From an uncultured Bacilli bacterium (GTDB lineage: Bacteria; Bacillota_I; Bacilli_A; RF39; UBA660), in NCBI GenBank assembly GCA_934176955.1, contig CAKPOS010000001.1, positions 28,310-92,309 of the forward strand: a DNA stretch of 64,000 nucleotides, read 5' to 3'. Both the position numbers and the translations under genes were made by a program. The first letter of the stretch is position 1; each line of letters begins with the position of its first letter. The notes beneath the pieces are model-generated. The model did not search any database and was not told where the DNA came from. It saw only the letters and a list, made by a program, of their open reading frames with translations. Positions 9,563-19,480 of the stretch are shown one piece after another.

Positions 9563-10609
9563 ATGGAGAAAATAGAAGAATTAAAAAAGAAAATTAATTA
9601 TGATTTTGAAACTGTTATTCATTTAGAGGAATTGAATGAATTGAAAGTAAAATACTTAGGGAAAAAAGGACTAATTAGTGAGCTTAATGCTACGATAAAA
9701 GATTTACCAAATGAAGAGAAAAAAAGTTTTGGTCAGGCAATGAATGAAGTAAAGACTCTTTTCCAAGAAAAATATCTTTCTTTAAAAGAAAAATTAGAAC
9801 AGGAAAGGATTAATGAAAAATTAGAAAGTGAAAGAATTGATATTACGCTTCCTTCTACTAAAGTAAGAAGAGGAAGTAAGCATCCAATGAGTCTTGCTAT
9901 TGAAGAAATCGAAGATTTATTTGTTTCTATGGGCTATGATGTTGTATCTGGACCAGAGTTAGAAAGTGATGAATATTGTTTTGAGCGATTAAACTTACCA
10001 AAAGGACATCCCGCTAGAGATATGCAAGATAGCTTTTATATTACTAAAGATTATTTACTTCGAACACAAACTTCTTCTGTTCAAGCAAGATATATGATGA
10101 AAAAGCAAGGGAAAGAACCTATTCGTATTATTGTTCCTGGAAAAACTTATCGTCGTGAAGATGACGCTACTCATGCTCCTCAATTTTCACAAATCGAAGG
10201 TCTAGTTATTGATAAGAAAGAAAACCATGTTTCTTTAGCAGACTTAAAAGGAACTTTAGAAGTATTTGCTAGACATATGCTAGGAGATAATTTGGAATTA
10301 AGGTTTAGGCCAAGTTATTTTCCATTTACGGAACCTTCTTATGAAGTAGATGTAACTTGCTTTAAATGTCATGGAAAGGGATGTAATTTATGTAAGCAAA
10401 TAGGTTGGATTGAAGTCTTTGCGGCTGGTATGGTTCATCCCAATGTTTTAAGAATGAATGGCTATGATCCTGATGTTTGGGGAGGATTTGCTTTTGGTCC
10501 TGGTTGGGATAGAATTACTATGTTTAGGTATGGAATTCCTGATATTCGTTTAATGTATCAAAATGATATTCGTTTTTTACAAGAATTTGATAGAAAGGAT
10601 GGGGAATAA
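9563..10609 (+). CDS. pheS: phenylalanine--tRNA ligase alpha subunit
   Basis: Class II aaRS motifs (FRPSYFPFTEPS, GWIEVFAAGMVHPNV). GGAGG RBS 8 nt before ATG 9563; alternative ATG at 9548. Confidence 0.9.
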   Translation: MEKIEELKKKINYDFETVIHLEELNELKVKYLGKKGLISELNATIKDLPNEEKKSFGQAMNEVKTLFQEKYLSLKEKLEQERINEKLESERIDITLPSTKVRRGSKHPMSLAIEEIEDLFVSMGYDVVSGPELESDEYCFERLNLPKGHPARDMQDSFYITKDYLLRTQTSSVQARYMMKKQGKEPIRIIVPGKTYRREDDATHAPQFSQIEGLVIDKKENHVSLADLKGTLEVFARHMLGDNLELRFRPSYFPFTEPSYEVDVTCFKCHGKGCNLCKQIGWIEVFAAGMVHPNVLRMNGYDPDVWGGFAFGPGWDRITMFRYGIPDIRLMYQNDIRFLQEFDRKDGE

Positions 10610-10610
10610 A

Positions 10611-12983
10611 ATGATATTATCTAGAAATTTTATTAAAGATTATATTGATCTTGATGAGAAGAAAACAATTCAAGAAATTGCTGAAGATATGGTAAGAGTA
10701 GGCAATGAATATGATTCTTGTGGTCCAGTTATTTCAGCTACTTCTTTAGTTATAGGTGAAGTACTAGAGGTAAAGATGCATCCTGATAGTGATCATTTAC
10801 ATTTATGTAAGGTAAATATAGGAAAAGAAGTTTTAGATATTGTTTGTGGTGCTCCTAATGTAAGAGAAGGGTTAAAAGTTATTGTTGCAAAAGATGGCGC
10901 TATATTACCTGGTGGAGTAATTAAAAAAGGAGTCATTCGTGGTTGTGTTTCTAATGGAATGCTTTGTTCTATTAAAGAATTAGGATTAGATAATAAATTT
11001 TTATTAAAAGAAGATATTGAAGGAATAGCAGAATTAGGAGAAGATGCTATAGTTGGAGAAGATCCTATTCATTATTTAGGATTAGATGATGAAGTTATTG
11101 ATTTTGAATTAACGGCTAATCGTGGTGATGAACTTAGTATGTTAGGTCTTGCTTATGAACTTGGAGCAATCTATTCTTTAAAAGTAAAAGATATTGATAC
11201 TTCTTATTCTCCTATTTTAGAGAAAGATAATAACTTTTCTATCGATATTAAAACTAACCGTTGTTCTCTTTATTTAGCTAAAAAAGTAAAAGATGTTCAA
11301 ATTAAAGAAAGTCCTAAATTCATTAAAAATAGACTAATTGCTTGTGGAATAAGACCAATTAATAATGTTGTTGATATTTCTAATTATGTTATGTTAGAAA
11401 CGGGACAACCTCTTCATTTTTATGATGCTACCTGTCTTGGAAATAAATTAATCGTTCGAGATGCAGTAGATGGTGAGCATTTAAAGACTTTAGATGGACA
11501 AGATAGAATATTAGCAAAAGAAGATATTGTGATTGCTAATGAAAAAGAAGTTGTTGGACTTGCTGGAGTCATGGGAGGATTTAATACAGAAGTTTCTAAT
11601 GACACAACTTCTATTATTATTGAATCTGCTATCTTTGATGCTGTTAGTGTAAGAAAAACTAGTAAGAAAATATTAAGGAGTGAAGCATCCAATCGTTTTG
11701 AAAAAGGACTTGACCCAAAGAGAACTTATATGGCAATGGATAGAGCTTGTCATTTATTAGAAAAATATGCAAATGGTAAAATTTATTCTTCTTCTTATTC
11801 TTATGATAAAACTACTTCTTTAGATAAAAAAATTACCATTACAACTTCCGACATTAATACTGTTCTTGGGACAGATATTTGTCAGAAAGAAATCATCGAT
11901 GTCTTCAATCGATTAGGATTTGTTACTAAAGTAGAAAACGATGCAATGATAGTATCTGTTCCTTCAAGAAGACTAGATATTACGATTAAAGAAGATTTAG
12001 TTGAAGAAGTAGGACGAATTTATGGGATTAATAATATTCAAGGAAAACTTCCTAATCTTCCCGTTAAAGCAGGAAGCTATGATAAAACCACTAGATTTAT
12101 TCGGAATAAAATGGTTGATTTAGGCCTTAATGAAGTATTAACGCAAATCTTTTTACCCGATAATATGACTCATCAATACACCACAGATACATTTGAAACC
12201 GTAATGTTACTTGATCCTTTATCTGTAGAAAAGAATGCTTTAAGATATTCTTTACTTCCTAGTTTAATGAAAGTTTATCAATATAATAAATCTAGAAATT
12301 TAAATGACATTTCTATCTTTGAAATGGCAAAAGGATTTTATTTAAAAAATAATACTTATGGAGAAGAATACAAATTAGCTATTGTTATGTCTGGAGAATA
12401 TTATCTTGGTTTAAATCAAACAAAAAAAGTTGATTTTTATATCATAAAAGGGCTTATTGAAGAATTATTACATTCTTTGGGTTATGAAAATCGCTATCGT
12501 TTTGTTAAGGGAGATTTCCCTGATGAATTTCATCCAGGTCAAAGTGCTTATATTGAAGTAGCTGGTAAAAGAATAGGTATCCTTGGGAAACTTCATCCAA
12601 ATGTTGTATTAGATGATGTTTATGTAGCAGAAATTTCTTTAGATAAATTATTTCAAAATAAAACAGGAAAAAATAAATATAAAGAATTAAATAAGTACCC
12701 AAGTATTAAGAAAGATTTTGCCGTTATTTTAGATAAAAGTATTTTAGCTGATGATATTGTTAAAGTGATTAAAAAGGCTGGAGGAAAAAAATTAACAGAT
12801 ATTCAAGTATTTGATGTTTATATTGGAAAAAATATTGAAGAAGATAAAAAATCAATTGCCTTTTCACTAACATTTGAAGATTATACTAAAACATTAACTG
12901 ATGAAGAAGTAACAATGTTATTTGAAAAAGTTATTCATGAGGTAATAGAAAAATATCATGCTGTTTTAAGAGACCATGATTAA
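10611..12983 (+). CDS. pheT: phenylalanine--tRNA ligase beta subunit
   Basis: 790 aa with tRNA-binding, B3/B4 and FDX-ACB-like regions. GGGGA RBS then ATG 10611, right after the pheS stop. Confidence 0.9.
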   Translation: MILSRNFIKDYIDLDEKKTIQEIAEDMVRVGNEYDSCGPVISATSLVIGEVLEVKMHPDSDHLHLCKVNIGKEVLDIVCGAPNVREGLKVIVAKDGAILPGGVIKKGVIRGCVSNGMLCSIKELGLDNKFLLKEDIEGIAELGEDAIVGEDPIHYLGLDDEVIDFELTANRGDELSMLGLAYELGAIYSLKVKDIDTSYSPILEKDNNFSIDIKTNRCSLYLAKKVKDVQIKESPKFIKNRLIACGIRPINNVVDISNYVMLETGQPLHFYDATCLGNKLIVRDAVDGEHLKTLDGQDRILAKEDIVIANEKEVVGLAGVMGGFNTEVSNDTTSIIIESAIFDAVSVRKTSKKILRSEASNRFEKGLDPKRTYMAMDRACHLLEKYANGKIYSSSYSYDKTTSLDKKITITTSDINTVLGTDICQKEIIDVFNRLGFVTKVENDAMIVSVPSRRLDITIKEDLVEEVGRIYGINNIQGKLPNLPVKAGSYDKTTRFIRNKMVDLGLNEVLTQIFLPDNMTHQYTTDTFETVMLLDPLSVEKNALRYSLLPSLMKVYQYNKSRNLNDISIFEMAKGFYLKNNTYGEEYKLAIVMSGEYYLGLNQTKKVDFYIIKGLIEELLHSLGYENRYRFVKGDFPDEFHPGQSAYIEVAGKRIGILGKLHPNVVLDDVYVAEISLDKLFQNKTGKNKYKELNKYPSIKKDFAVILDKSILADDIVKVIKKAGGKKLTDIQVFDVYIGKNIEEDKKSIAFSLTFEDYTKTLTDEEVTMLFEKVIHEVIEKYHAVLRDHD

Positions 12984-13003
12984 TGAAAAGAGGGAGAAGA
13001 AAA

Positions 13004-14092
13004 ATGAAAGAAATTATGTTAACAGGAGATAGGCCTACAGGGAGATTACATTTAGGACATTATGTTGGCTCTTTAAAAAGAAGAGTTGAATTACAAAATA
13101 GTGGGGAATTCTCTAAAATTTTTATTGAAATTGCAGATGCACAAGCAATTACGGATAATGCTTATCATATGGAAAAGGTTAGAGAAAACATTATCGAAGT
13201 TGCCTTAGACTATCTATCTGTTGGAATTGACCCTAAAAAAAGTACTATTTTTGTTCAGTCTCAAATTCCTGAACTTTGTGAATTTACTTTTTATTATTTA
13301 AATCTAGTGACATTATCTAGATTAGAGAGAAATCCTACAATTAAAGAAGAAATTAAATTAAGAAATTTTGAAAATAGTATTCCTGCAGGATTCTTAATTT
13401 ATCCTGTTAGTCAAGCTGCTGATATCACTGCTTTTAAAGCCAACATTATTCCTGTTGGAGAGGATCAATTGCCAATGATTGAGCAAACAAGAGAAATTGT
13501 TCGCAGCGTTAATCGCCTTTATGGAGAAGTTTTAGTTGAACCAAAAGCAGTTTTACCTGAAGTTGAGATTTGTAATCGCCTACCTGGTTTAGATGGTAAA
13601 GCTAAAATGAGTAAATCTTTGGGAAATTGTATTTATTTATCTGATGAGCCGAAAGTTATTGAAGAAAAAGTAATGAGTATGTATACCGATCCTACGCATA
13701 TTAAAATTACTGATCCAGGACACATAGAAGGAAATGTTGTCTTTACTTACTTAGATGCTTTTTGTAAATCAGATGATTTTTCAAAATATTTACCAGAATA
13801 TCAAGATTTAGATGATTTGAAAAAACATTATCAACAAGGTGGAGTAGGAGATAGAACAATTAAAAAATTCTTAAATGCTATTCTTCAAGCAGAACTTGCT
13901 CCTATTCGTGAAAGAAGAAAAGAATACGAAAAGAATATTGATGCAGTTTATCAAATATTGGAAGAAGGAAGTAAGAAAGCTAGAGAAGTCGCACAACAGA
14001 CAATGATGGAATTTAAAGAAGCTATGCGGATTTGCTATTTTTCCGATAAAGAATTAATTTCTCGTCAAAAAGAAAAGTATCAACAAAATTAG
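13004..14092 (+). CDS. trpS: tryptophan--tRNA ligase
   Basis: TGDRPTGRLHLGHYVGSLKRRVELQ parallels B. subtilis TrpS [25 protein letters not shown]. KMSKS motif present. GGGAG RBS before ATG 13004. Confidence 0.8.
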   Translation: MKEIMLTGDRPTGRLHLGHYVGSLKRRVELQNSGEFSKIFIEIADAQAITDNAYHMEKVRENIIEVALDYLSVGIDPKKSTIFVQSQIPELCEFTFYYLNLVTLSRLERNPTIKEEIKLRNFENSIPAGFLIYPVSQAADITAFKANIIPVGEDQLPMIEQTREIVRSVNRLYGEVLVEPKAVLPEVEICNRLPGLDGKAKMSKSLGNCIYLSDEPKVIEEKVMSMYTDPTHIKITDPGHIEGNVVFTYLDAFCKSDDFSKYLPEYQDLDDLKKHYQQGGVGDRTIKKFLNAILQAELAPIRERRKEYEKNIDAVYQILEEGSKKAREVAQQTMMEFKEAMRICYFSDKELISRQKEKYQQN

Positions 14093-14116
14093 GACATCAG
14101 TTTTAAGATAAAAAGT

Positions 14117-15597
14117 GGTTCTTCGAATTTGAGGGGACCTAGAAAAAATTAGTTCAAAATAATTGGACTAATTTTTTTGAGATAAAAAAAAGACATTGAT
14201 ACACTTCTTTGATACAATGTTTATAGACCAAAAAAATACAAAGTATGAGGTGTTGTCAATGTCTATAATTAATTCTATATTAAAAATGCTAAATATGAAA
14301 GATAAAAATTTCATTTTTAATGAAAATTTTATAACAGAAAGAAAAATTCAAGAAAAAAGATGTTTAGTAATATTAGGATATTTAAAAAATGAATTTGAAT
14401 GTTGTCCTTGTTGTGGTTGCTTAAATGAAAATACTATTATCAAAAAAGGAACTAAAAAATCTTTGATAAAAATTAATAAACATGCTGAATTAATAACATA
14501 TTTAAATTTAAGTAAACAACGATATCAATGTAAAAATTGCAATAAAAAATTTTACGCAAAAACTGATGAAGTAAATTATAGATGTCATATCAGTAATCAA
14601 GTAAAATTGGCTATTTTAAATTGCGCTAAGGAAATGATGCCTAAAAGTTTAATTGCTAGACTTTACAATGTTTCTGATAATACAGTTCAAAAAGTTTTTG
14701 ATAGTGTATTTTATAATGATACTGTTTATAAGACATTTTTACCTAAAGCAATTTGTATTGATGAATTCACCTTCAAGAAGAAAACGTATGCTTTTAATAT
14801 TTGTAATGCTAGAAATGGAAAAACTATCGATTTAGTATTAGACAGAACCACTAATAATTTAGATAAATATTTTTCTCATTGTACCGAAAAAGCAAGAAAA
14901 AGAGTTAAATTTGTTGTTATGGATATGTATAGTCCATATATTGATTTAATCAAAAAATGGTTTCCTAATGCTAAAATCATAATAGATTTATTTCATATAG
15001 TTCAACTACTTACCAAGAGTTTAAATAAAACTAGGATTAATGTAATGAATCAAAATAAAGATGACAGTACTAAATTTAAAAGATATTGGAGATTAATTTT
15101 GAAATCAAGATTTGATTTGGACACTAGTTGTTGGAAAAAATTTAGATGTTTTAAAAATTTAATGACAGAAGTAGATGTTGTCGACTATTTGTTGAGTAAA
15201 GATAAGTTCTTTGAAAATTCATATGATTTATATCAAGATATTTTGTATCATTTGCAACATCGAGATTATAAAGGTTTTAGTCAAGTTATTAATCAAAAAT
15301 ATAAAGATATTTCTAAGCAACTTCAAACCACATTAAATACATTGAGAAAATATTCTAAATACATAAAGAATACTTTAGAATATTCATACAGTAATGGTGT
15401 AATGGAAAGAAATAATAATACATGTAAACTAATAAAAAGAATATCATTTGGTTTTAGAAATTTTAGAAATATGAAATCACGAATAATGATAATAACAAAT
15501 ATATTTCGAAAAGATAAAAGGGAATATCATACAAAGTACAGTATTCCCAAATATACGTATAACTAATTATTCTAGGTCCCCTCAAATTCGAAGAACC
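14117..15597 (+). mobile_element. ISL3-family insertion sequence (1481 bp) with perfect 28-bp terminal inverted repeats
   Basis: IRL GGTTCTTCGAATTTGAGGGGACCTAGAA at 14117-14144 is the exact reverse complement of 15570-15597. No direct target duplication. Confidence 0.85.
14259..15566 (+). CDS. ISL3-family transposase
   Basis: N-terminal Cys-rich zinc ribbon (CCPCCGC...CKNCNK), ICIDEF, and C-terminal NGVMERNNNTCKLIKRISFGFRNFRN. GAGGTG RBS before ATG 14259; ORF-track start 14196 lies upstream. Confidence 0.85.
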   Translation: MSIINSILKMLNMKDKNFIFNENFITERKIQEKRCLVILGYLKNEFECCPCCGCLNENTIIKKGTKKSLIKINKHAELITYLNLSKQRYQCKNCNKKFYAKTDEVNYRCHISNQVKLAILNCAKEMMPKSLIARLYNVSDNTVQKVFDSVFYNDTVYKTFLPKAICIDEFTFKKKTYAFNICNARNGKTIDLVLDRTTNNLDKYFSHCTEKARKRVKFVVMDMYSPYIDLIKKWFPNAKIIIDLFHIVQLLTKSLNKTRINVMNQNKDDSTKFKRYWRLILKSRFDLDTSCWKKFRCFKNLMTEVDVVDYLLSKDKFFENSYDLYQDILYHLQHRDYKGFSQVINQKYKDISKQLQTTLNTLRKYSKYIKNTLEYSYSNGVMERNNNTCKLIKRISFGFRNFRNMKSRIMIITNIFRKDKREYHTKYSIPKYTYN

Positions 15598-15846
15598 GTT
15601 CTTTATCTTAAAAAAGCCAAGCAAGACGATGGGTTCCCTTCAAAGCTACTCCACAAAAAAACACCCAACGGGTGTTAAATTTTCAAATGGAGCGAATAAA
15701 CAGCAAGTTACGAACCAAGTTCTCTTTCTAAAATAATTATATATGAATTATTATTAAATTTCAATGGTAGTATAGAAAGATTTCAATATTTATTATATAA
15801 TATATACACATGAAGTCTTAAATATATAAATGATTGGAGGAACTTA

Positions 15847-16878
15847 ATGAGTAATGAATTAATAAATAATGATAACGAAATAAATAATATTTTTGATAAT
15901 ATCAAAGATTTAGTTATAAATAGTAGAAACAAAGTTTATCAGACTGTAAATACTGAAATGCTTAGCTTATACTGGAATATAGGAAAAGCAATTATGGAAA
16001 TACAACAAGGTGATGAAAGAGCAAGTTATGGGGATGCTGTTTTAGAAAAGTTATCAGAAAAATTAACTAATGAATTTGGAAAAGGATTTTCCAAGAAAAA
16101 TTTAGAAAGAATGAGAAAATTTTATATATGTTTTCCAATTGCGACAACACTGTCGTCGCAATTGAGTTGGTCACATTATTTAGAGTTAATTAAAATAGAA
16201 GAAGAACAAAAAAGAAATTTTTACTTAAATGAATGCATTAACTCTAGATGGAGTGTTAGAGAACTTCAAAGGTAAAGAGATTCACTACTTTATGAAAGAT
16301 TAACTTTATCTGCAGATAAGGAAAAAATATTAGAACTATCTGAAAAAGGACAAATATTAAAAACAAGTAAAGATTTAGTAAAAGATCCTTTTGTATTAGA
16401 ATTTTTAGATATAAAAGAAAATACTGATTATTTAGAATCAGATTTAGAAAAGAATATTATAGAGCATTTAAAAGAGTTTTTGTTAGAATTAGGAAAAGGA
16501 TTTAGCTATGTTGGAAATCAAGTAAGATTAACATTAGAAGAAGATCATTTTTATCCTGATTTAGTTTTTTATAATAGACTTTTAAAATGCTTTGTAATTC
16601 TTGATTTAAAAATAGGAAAAGTATCTCATCAAGATATAGGGCAAATGCAAATGTATGTTAATTATTATGATAGAGAAATAAAACAAAGTGATGAAAATTC
16701 AACAGTAGGAATATTGCTTTCGACAAATAAAAATGAAACTGTTGTAAAATATACATTACCTGAAGATAATAAGACAATCTTTTCCTCAGAATATAAATTA
16801 CATATGCCAACAGAACAAGAATTAATTAGTGCTGTTGAAGAAGAAAAGAAAAATTTTGAATTAAACGATGAAATTTAA
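15847..16878 (+). pseudogene. DUF1016/YhcG-family PD-(D/E)XK nuclease gene with an in-frame premature stop
   Basis: N-terminal part (YWNIGKAI...LSWSHY...WSVRELQR) and C-terminal part (SLLYERL...GKGFSYVGNQ...YPDLVFYNRLLKCFVILDLKIGK) are in the same reading frame. A single TAA at 16273-16275 separates them. Confidence 0.7.
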
Positions 16879-16961
16879 TTATGACGAATATGCCATAATT
16901 AACAGTCAAACATCTTTAATTAATTATATCAAAAAATGGTAGAAGAATGGAGTTAATGTAC

Positions 16962-18389
16962 ATGAAGATAGGAATAGATATAGATAATGTAATATCAAAC
17001 TTTAATGATACTTTATTAAATGAATATTTATTGCATGATAAAGATTTAAGAAATTCTGGCATTATAAATGAAAATGCTGAATATATAAGAAAAGGAATGT
17101 TTGAATGGACTGAAGATGAAGAAACAAATTTTTATAAAAGTAATATAGAAAGAATAGCAAAAAAATTAGAAGTTATTGCTGGTGCCAAAGAATATATAGA
17201 TAAACTTCATGAGGATGGTCATTTTATTTATATTATTACAGGTAGAGATAATGGAGAATATACAGAGCCTTATAATATGACAAAAAAGTGGCTTGATAAT
17301 AAAGGTATTTATTATGACGATTTAATTTTAACAGATGCTTATGATAAACATGCAAAAGCTGAAAAATGCATAGAACTTAATATTGATATTATGATTGATG
17401 ATTCTGTTCGTATATGTAGTGATTGTATTGAAAATGGAATAACAACAATTTTAATGGATACACCATATAATAGATATTCTAATATACAAAGAGTCAAAAG
17501 GTGGAAAGAGTTCTATGACTATGTTTCAAGTTATAAAAATAATAAACTTAATATAATATTAGATACAGATACATATAACGAATGTGATGATCAATTTGCG
17601 CTAACTTATTTATTAAAAAATCAAGACAAATTTAATATTGAGGCAATAACAGTAGCCCCTTATTCACATCAATCTAGGAATGTATCAGTAAGAGAAGGTC
17701 AGGAATTAAGTTATAATGAAATTTTAAAAATATGTAAATGGTTAAACCTTAATATAAGTAATAAAGTATTCAAAGGTTCAATGAATTATATACAAAATGG
17801 ATATAATGAAACTAATGATGCAGTAAACAAGATAATTGAAATCGCACTAAAAAATGACAAAACTTATATATTAGGAATAGGTGCTATTACCAATATTGCG
17901 CTAGCTTTAAAAAAGGAGCCTAAAATAATAAATAAAATAGAAATTATTTGGTTAGGTGGAAATGAACTAGGATATAAAGATAATTTGGAATATAATTTTA
18001 AACAAGATATTGAAGCAGTAAAAATAGTATTCAATTCAAAAGTAAAAATTACAATATTGCCATGCAAAAATGTTGTATCTAATTTGAAAATAGATATTAA
18101 TACTCTAAAAAATAATTTAGAAAACAAATCAGAATTGTGCAATTACTTAATTGAAAGATTTTATGATGATGGATATCATGGTGTACAAGAATCAAGAGTA
18201 ATTTGGGATATATCAGTAATAGCTTATATGATAAATAAAAATTGGTTTGAAACAAAAGAAATTAACTGTCCAAAAATAAATAATGATACTTCTTATAAAC
18301 CTACTAATAATAAACGTATGATTACTTTTGTTACTAAATTAGATAGAGATAAAATATATAAGGATTTATTTAAAAAGTCGGGAGAATAA
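16962..18389 (+). CDS. fusion protein: HAD-type 5'(3')-deoxyribonucleotidase domain plus inosine-uridine-preferring nucleoside hydrolase domain
   Basis: N-terminal KIGIDIDNVISNF (NT5C/HAD-like), paralogous to the gene at 24666. C-terminal ILDTDTYNECDDQFAL matches the IUNH DxDxxxDD N-terminal motif. Alternative start 16947. Confidence 0.6.
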   Translation: MKIGIDIDNVISNFNDTLLNEYLLHDKDLRNSGIINENAEYIRKGMFEWTEDEETNFYKSNIERIAKKLEVIAGAKEYIDKLHEDGHFIYIITGRDNGEYTEPYNMTKKWLDNKGIYYDDLILTDAYDKHAKAEKCIELNIDIMIDDSVRICSDCIENGITTILMDTPYNRYSNIQRVKRWKEFYDYVSSYKNNKLNIILDTDTYNECDDQFALTYLLKNQDKFNIEAITVAPYSHQSRNVSVREGQELSYNEILKICKWLNLNISNKVFKGSMNYIQNGYNETNDAVNKIIEIALKNDKTYILGIGAITNIALALKKEPKIINKIEIIWLGGNELGYKDNLEYNFKQDIEAVKIVFNSKVKITILPCKNVVSNLKIDINTLKNNLENKSELCNYLIERFYDDGYHGVQESRVIWDISVIAYMINKNWFETKEINCPKINNDTSYKPTNNKRMITFVTKLDRDKIYKDLFKKSGE

Positions 18390-18391
18390 AG

Positions 18392-19012
18392 ATGAAATTA
18401 ACAAGTATTGAAGCAAGGAAACTATTAGAGATAGAAAGACAAAAAACAAAAGATGATAGATGGATTGATCATTGTTTGTGTGTTGGAAATAGTGCTGGAA
18501 GAATTGCTGAAGCACTAAATAAAAAAGGTATTAATGTAGATATTGATAAAGCAATAGCGTTTGGATATATTCATGATATAGGTAAAAAATTTAATGAGCA
18601 TGGCGGTGTATTTCCTCATGCTATAAATGGTTATAATTATATAAAAAGTCTTGGGTATGATGAAGAATATGCAGGAATTTGTATTAAACATTCTTTTTTA
18701 AATAATGACATAGATTGTATATCAAATGATAGAGATGAAACAGATAAGTCTAATTCACATTACAATTTTGTAAAAGAATATATAAAAAATAAATATAGTT
18801 TAGAAGAAAAAATAATCAATCTTTGTGATTTAATGTGTACTACTAAAACATTAACTGTTGAAAAAAGAATGGTAGATTTATTACTAAGACATGGTGTATT
18901 TAAAAAAACATATTATCATATTGAAGAAACAATGAAATTAAAAGAATATTTTGATAATTTACTAGGATATAATTTGTATAACTTATTTCCAGAAATAAAA
19001 GAAAATTTATAA
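18392..19012 (+). CDS. HDIG-domain metal-dependent phosphohydrolase
   Basis: H..H...HDIGK signature (IDHCLCVGN...GYIHDIGKK). GGGAGA RBS. Start is 2 nt after the preceding stop. Confidence 0.6.
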   Translation: MKLTSIEARKLLEIERQKTKDDRWIDHCLCVGNSAGRIAEALNKKGINVDIDKAIAFGYIHDIGKKFNEHGGVFPHAINGYNYIKSLGYDEEYAGICIKHSFLNNDIDCISNDRDETDKSNSHYNFVKEYIKNKYSLEEKIINLCDLMCTTKTLTVEKRMVDLLLRHGVFKKTYYHIEETMKLKEYFDNLLGYNLYNLFPEIKENL

Positions 19013-19128
19013 AAGGGATTGGTAATTTCCCATAATCGAATTTGTACAGGAGTACAAATTCAGTGCTGGCTAGACAAAAATATTACTCCCAAATTAAGGA
19101 AAATATAAAAAGAGGATTAAATTATTTT

Positions 19129-19362
19129 GGTTCTTCGAATTTGAGGGGACCTAGAAAAAATTAGTTCAAAATAATTGGACTAATTTTTTTGAGATAAAAA
19201 AAAGACATTGATACACTTCTTTGATACAATGTTTATAGACCAAAAAAATACAAAGTATGAGGTGTTGTCAATGTCTATAATTAATTCTATATTAAAAATG
19301 CTAAATATGAAAGATAAAAATTTCATTTTTAATGAAAATTTTATAACAGAAAGAAAAATTCA
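19129..19362 (+). mobile_element. truncated second copy of the ISL3-family IS (left end only)
   Basis: 234 bp identical to 14117-14350 (IRL plus the transposase 5' region), then abrupt divergence. The left flank differs from the full copy's. Confidence 0.85.
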
Positions 19363-19480
19363 GTGAACACTCCAAGTTACGTGTTTGCTTTTTAATTTGC
19401 CAATTTATTTTATTTAAGAAAAAATAAAATGAAGTATTTTAATGGACTAAAGAAGAAAGAATTCTCATAATTTTTATTAG

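Noticed and set aside
11420-12702. ORFs 11420..11692(-) and 12505..12702(-) antisense within pheT
   Set aside because: Fully contained in a well-supported pheT frame. They are low-complexity antisense artefacts.
14653-14835. 60-aa ORF inside the transposase gene in another frame
   Set aside because: Nested in the ISL3 transposase coding region. Spurious.
17864-18142. Antisense ORF within the nucleotidase::hydrolase fusion gene
   Set aside because: Contained within a supported coding region. No independent signals.
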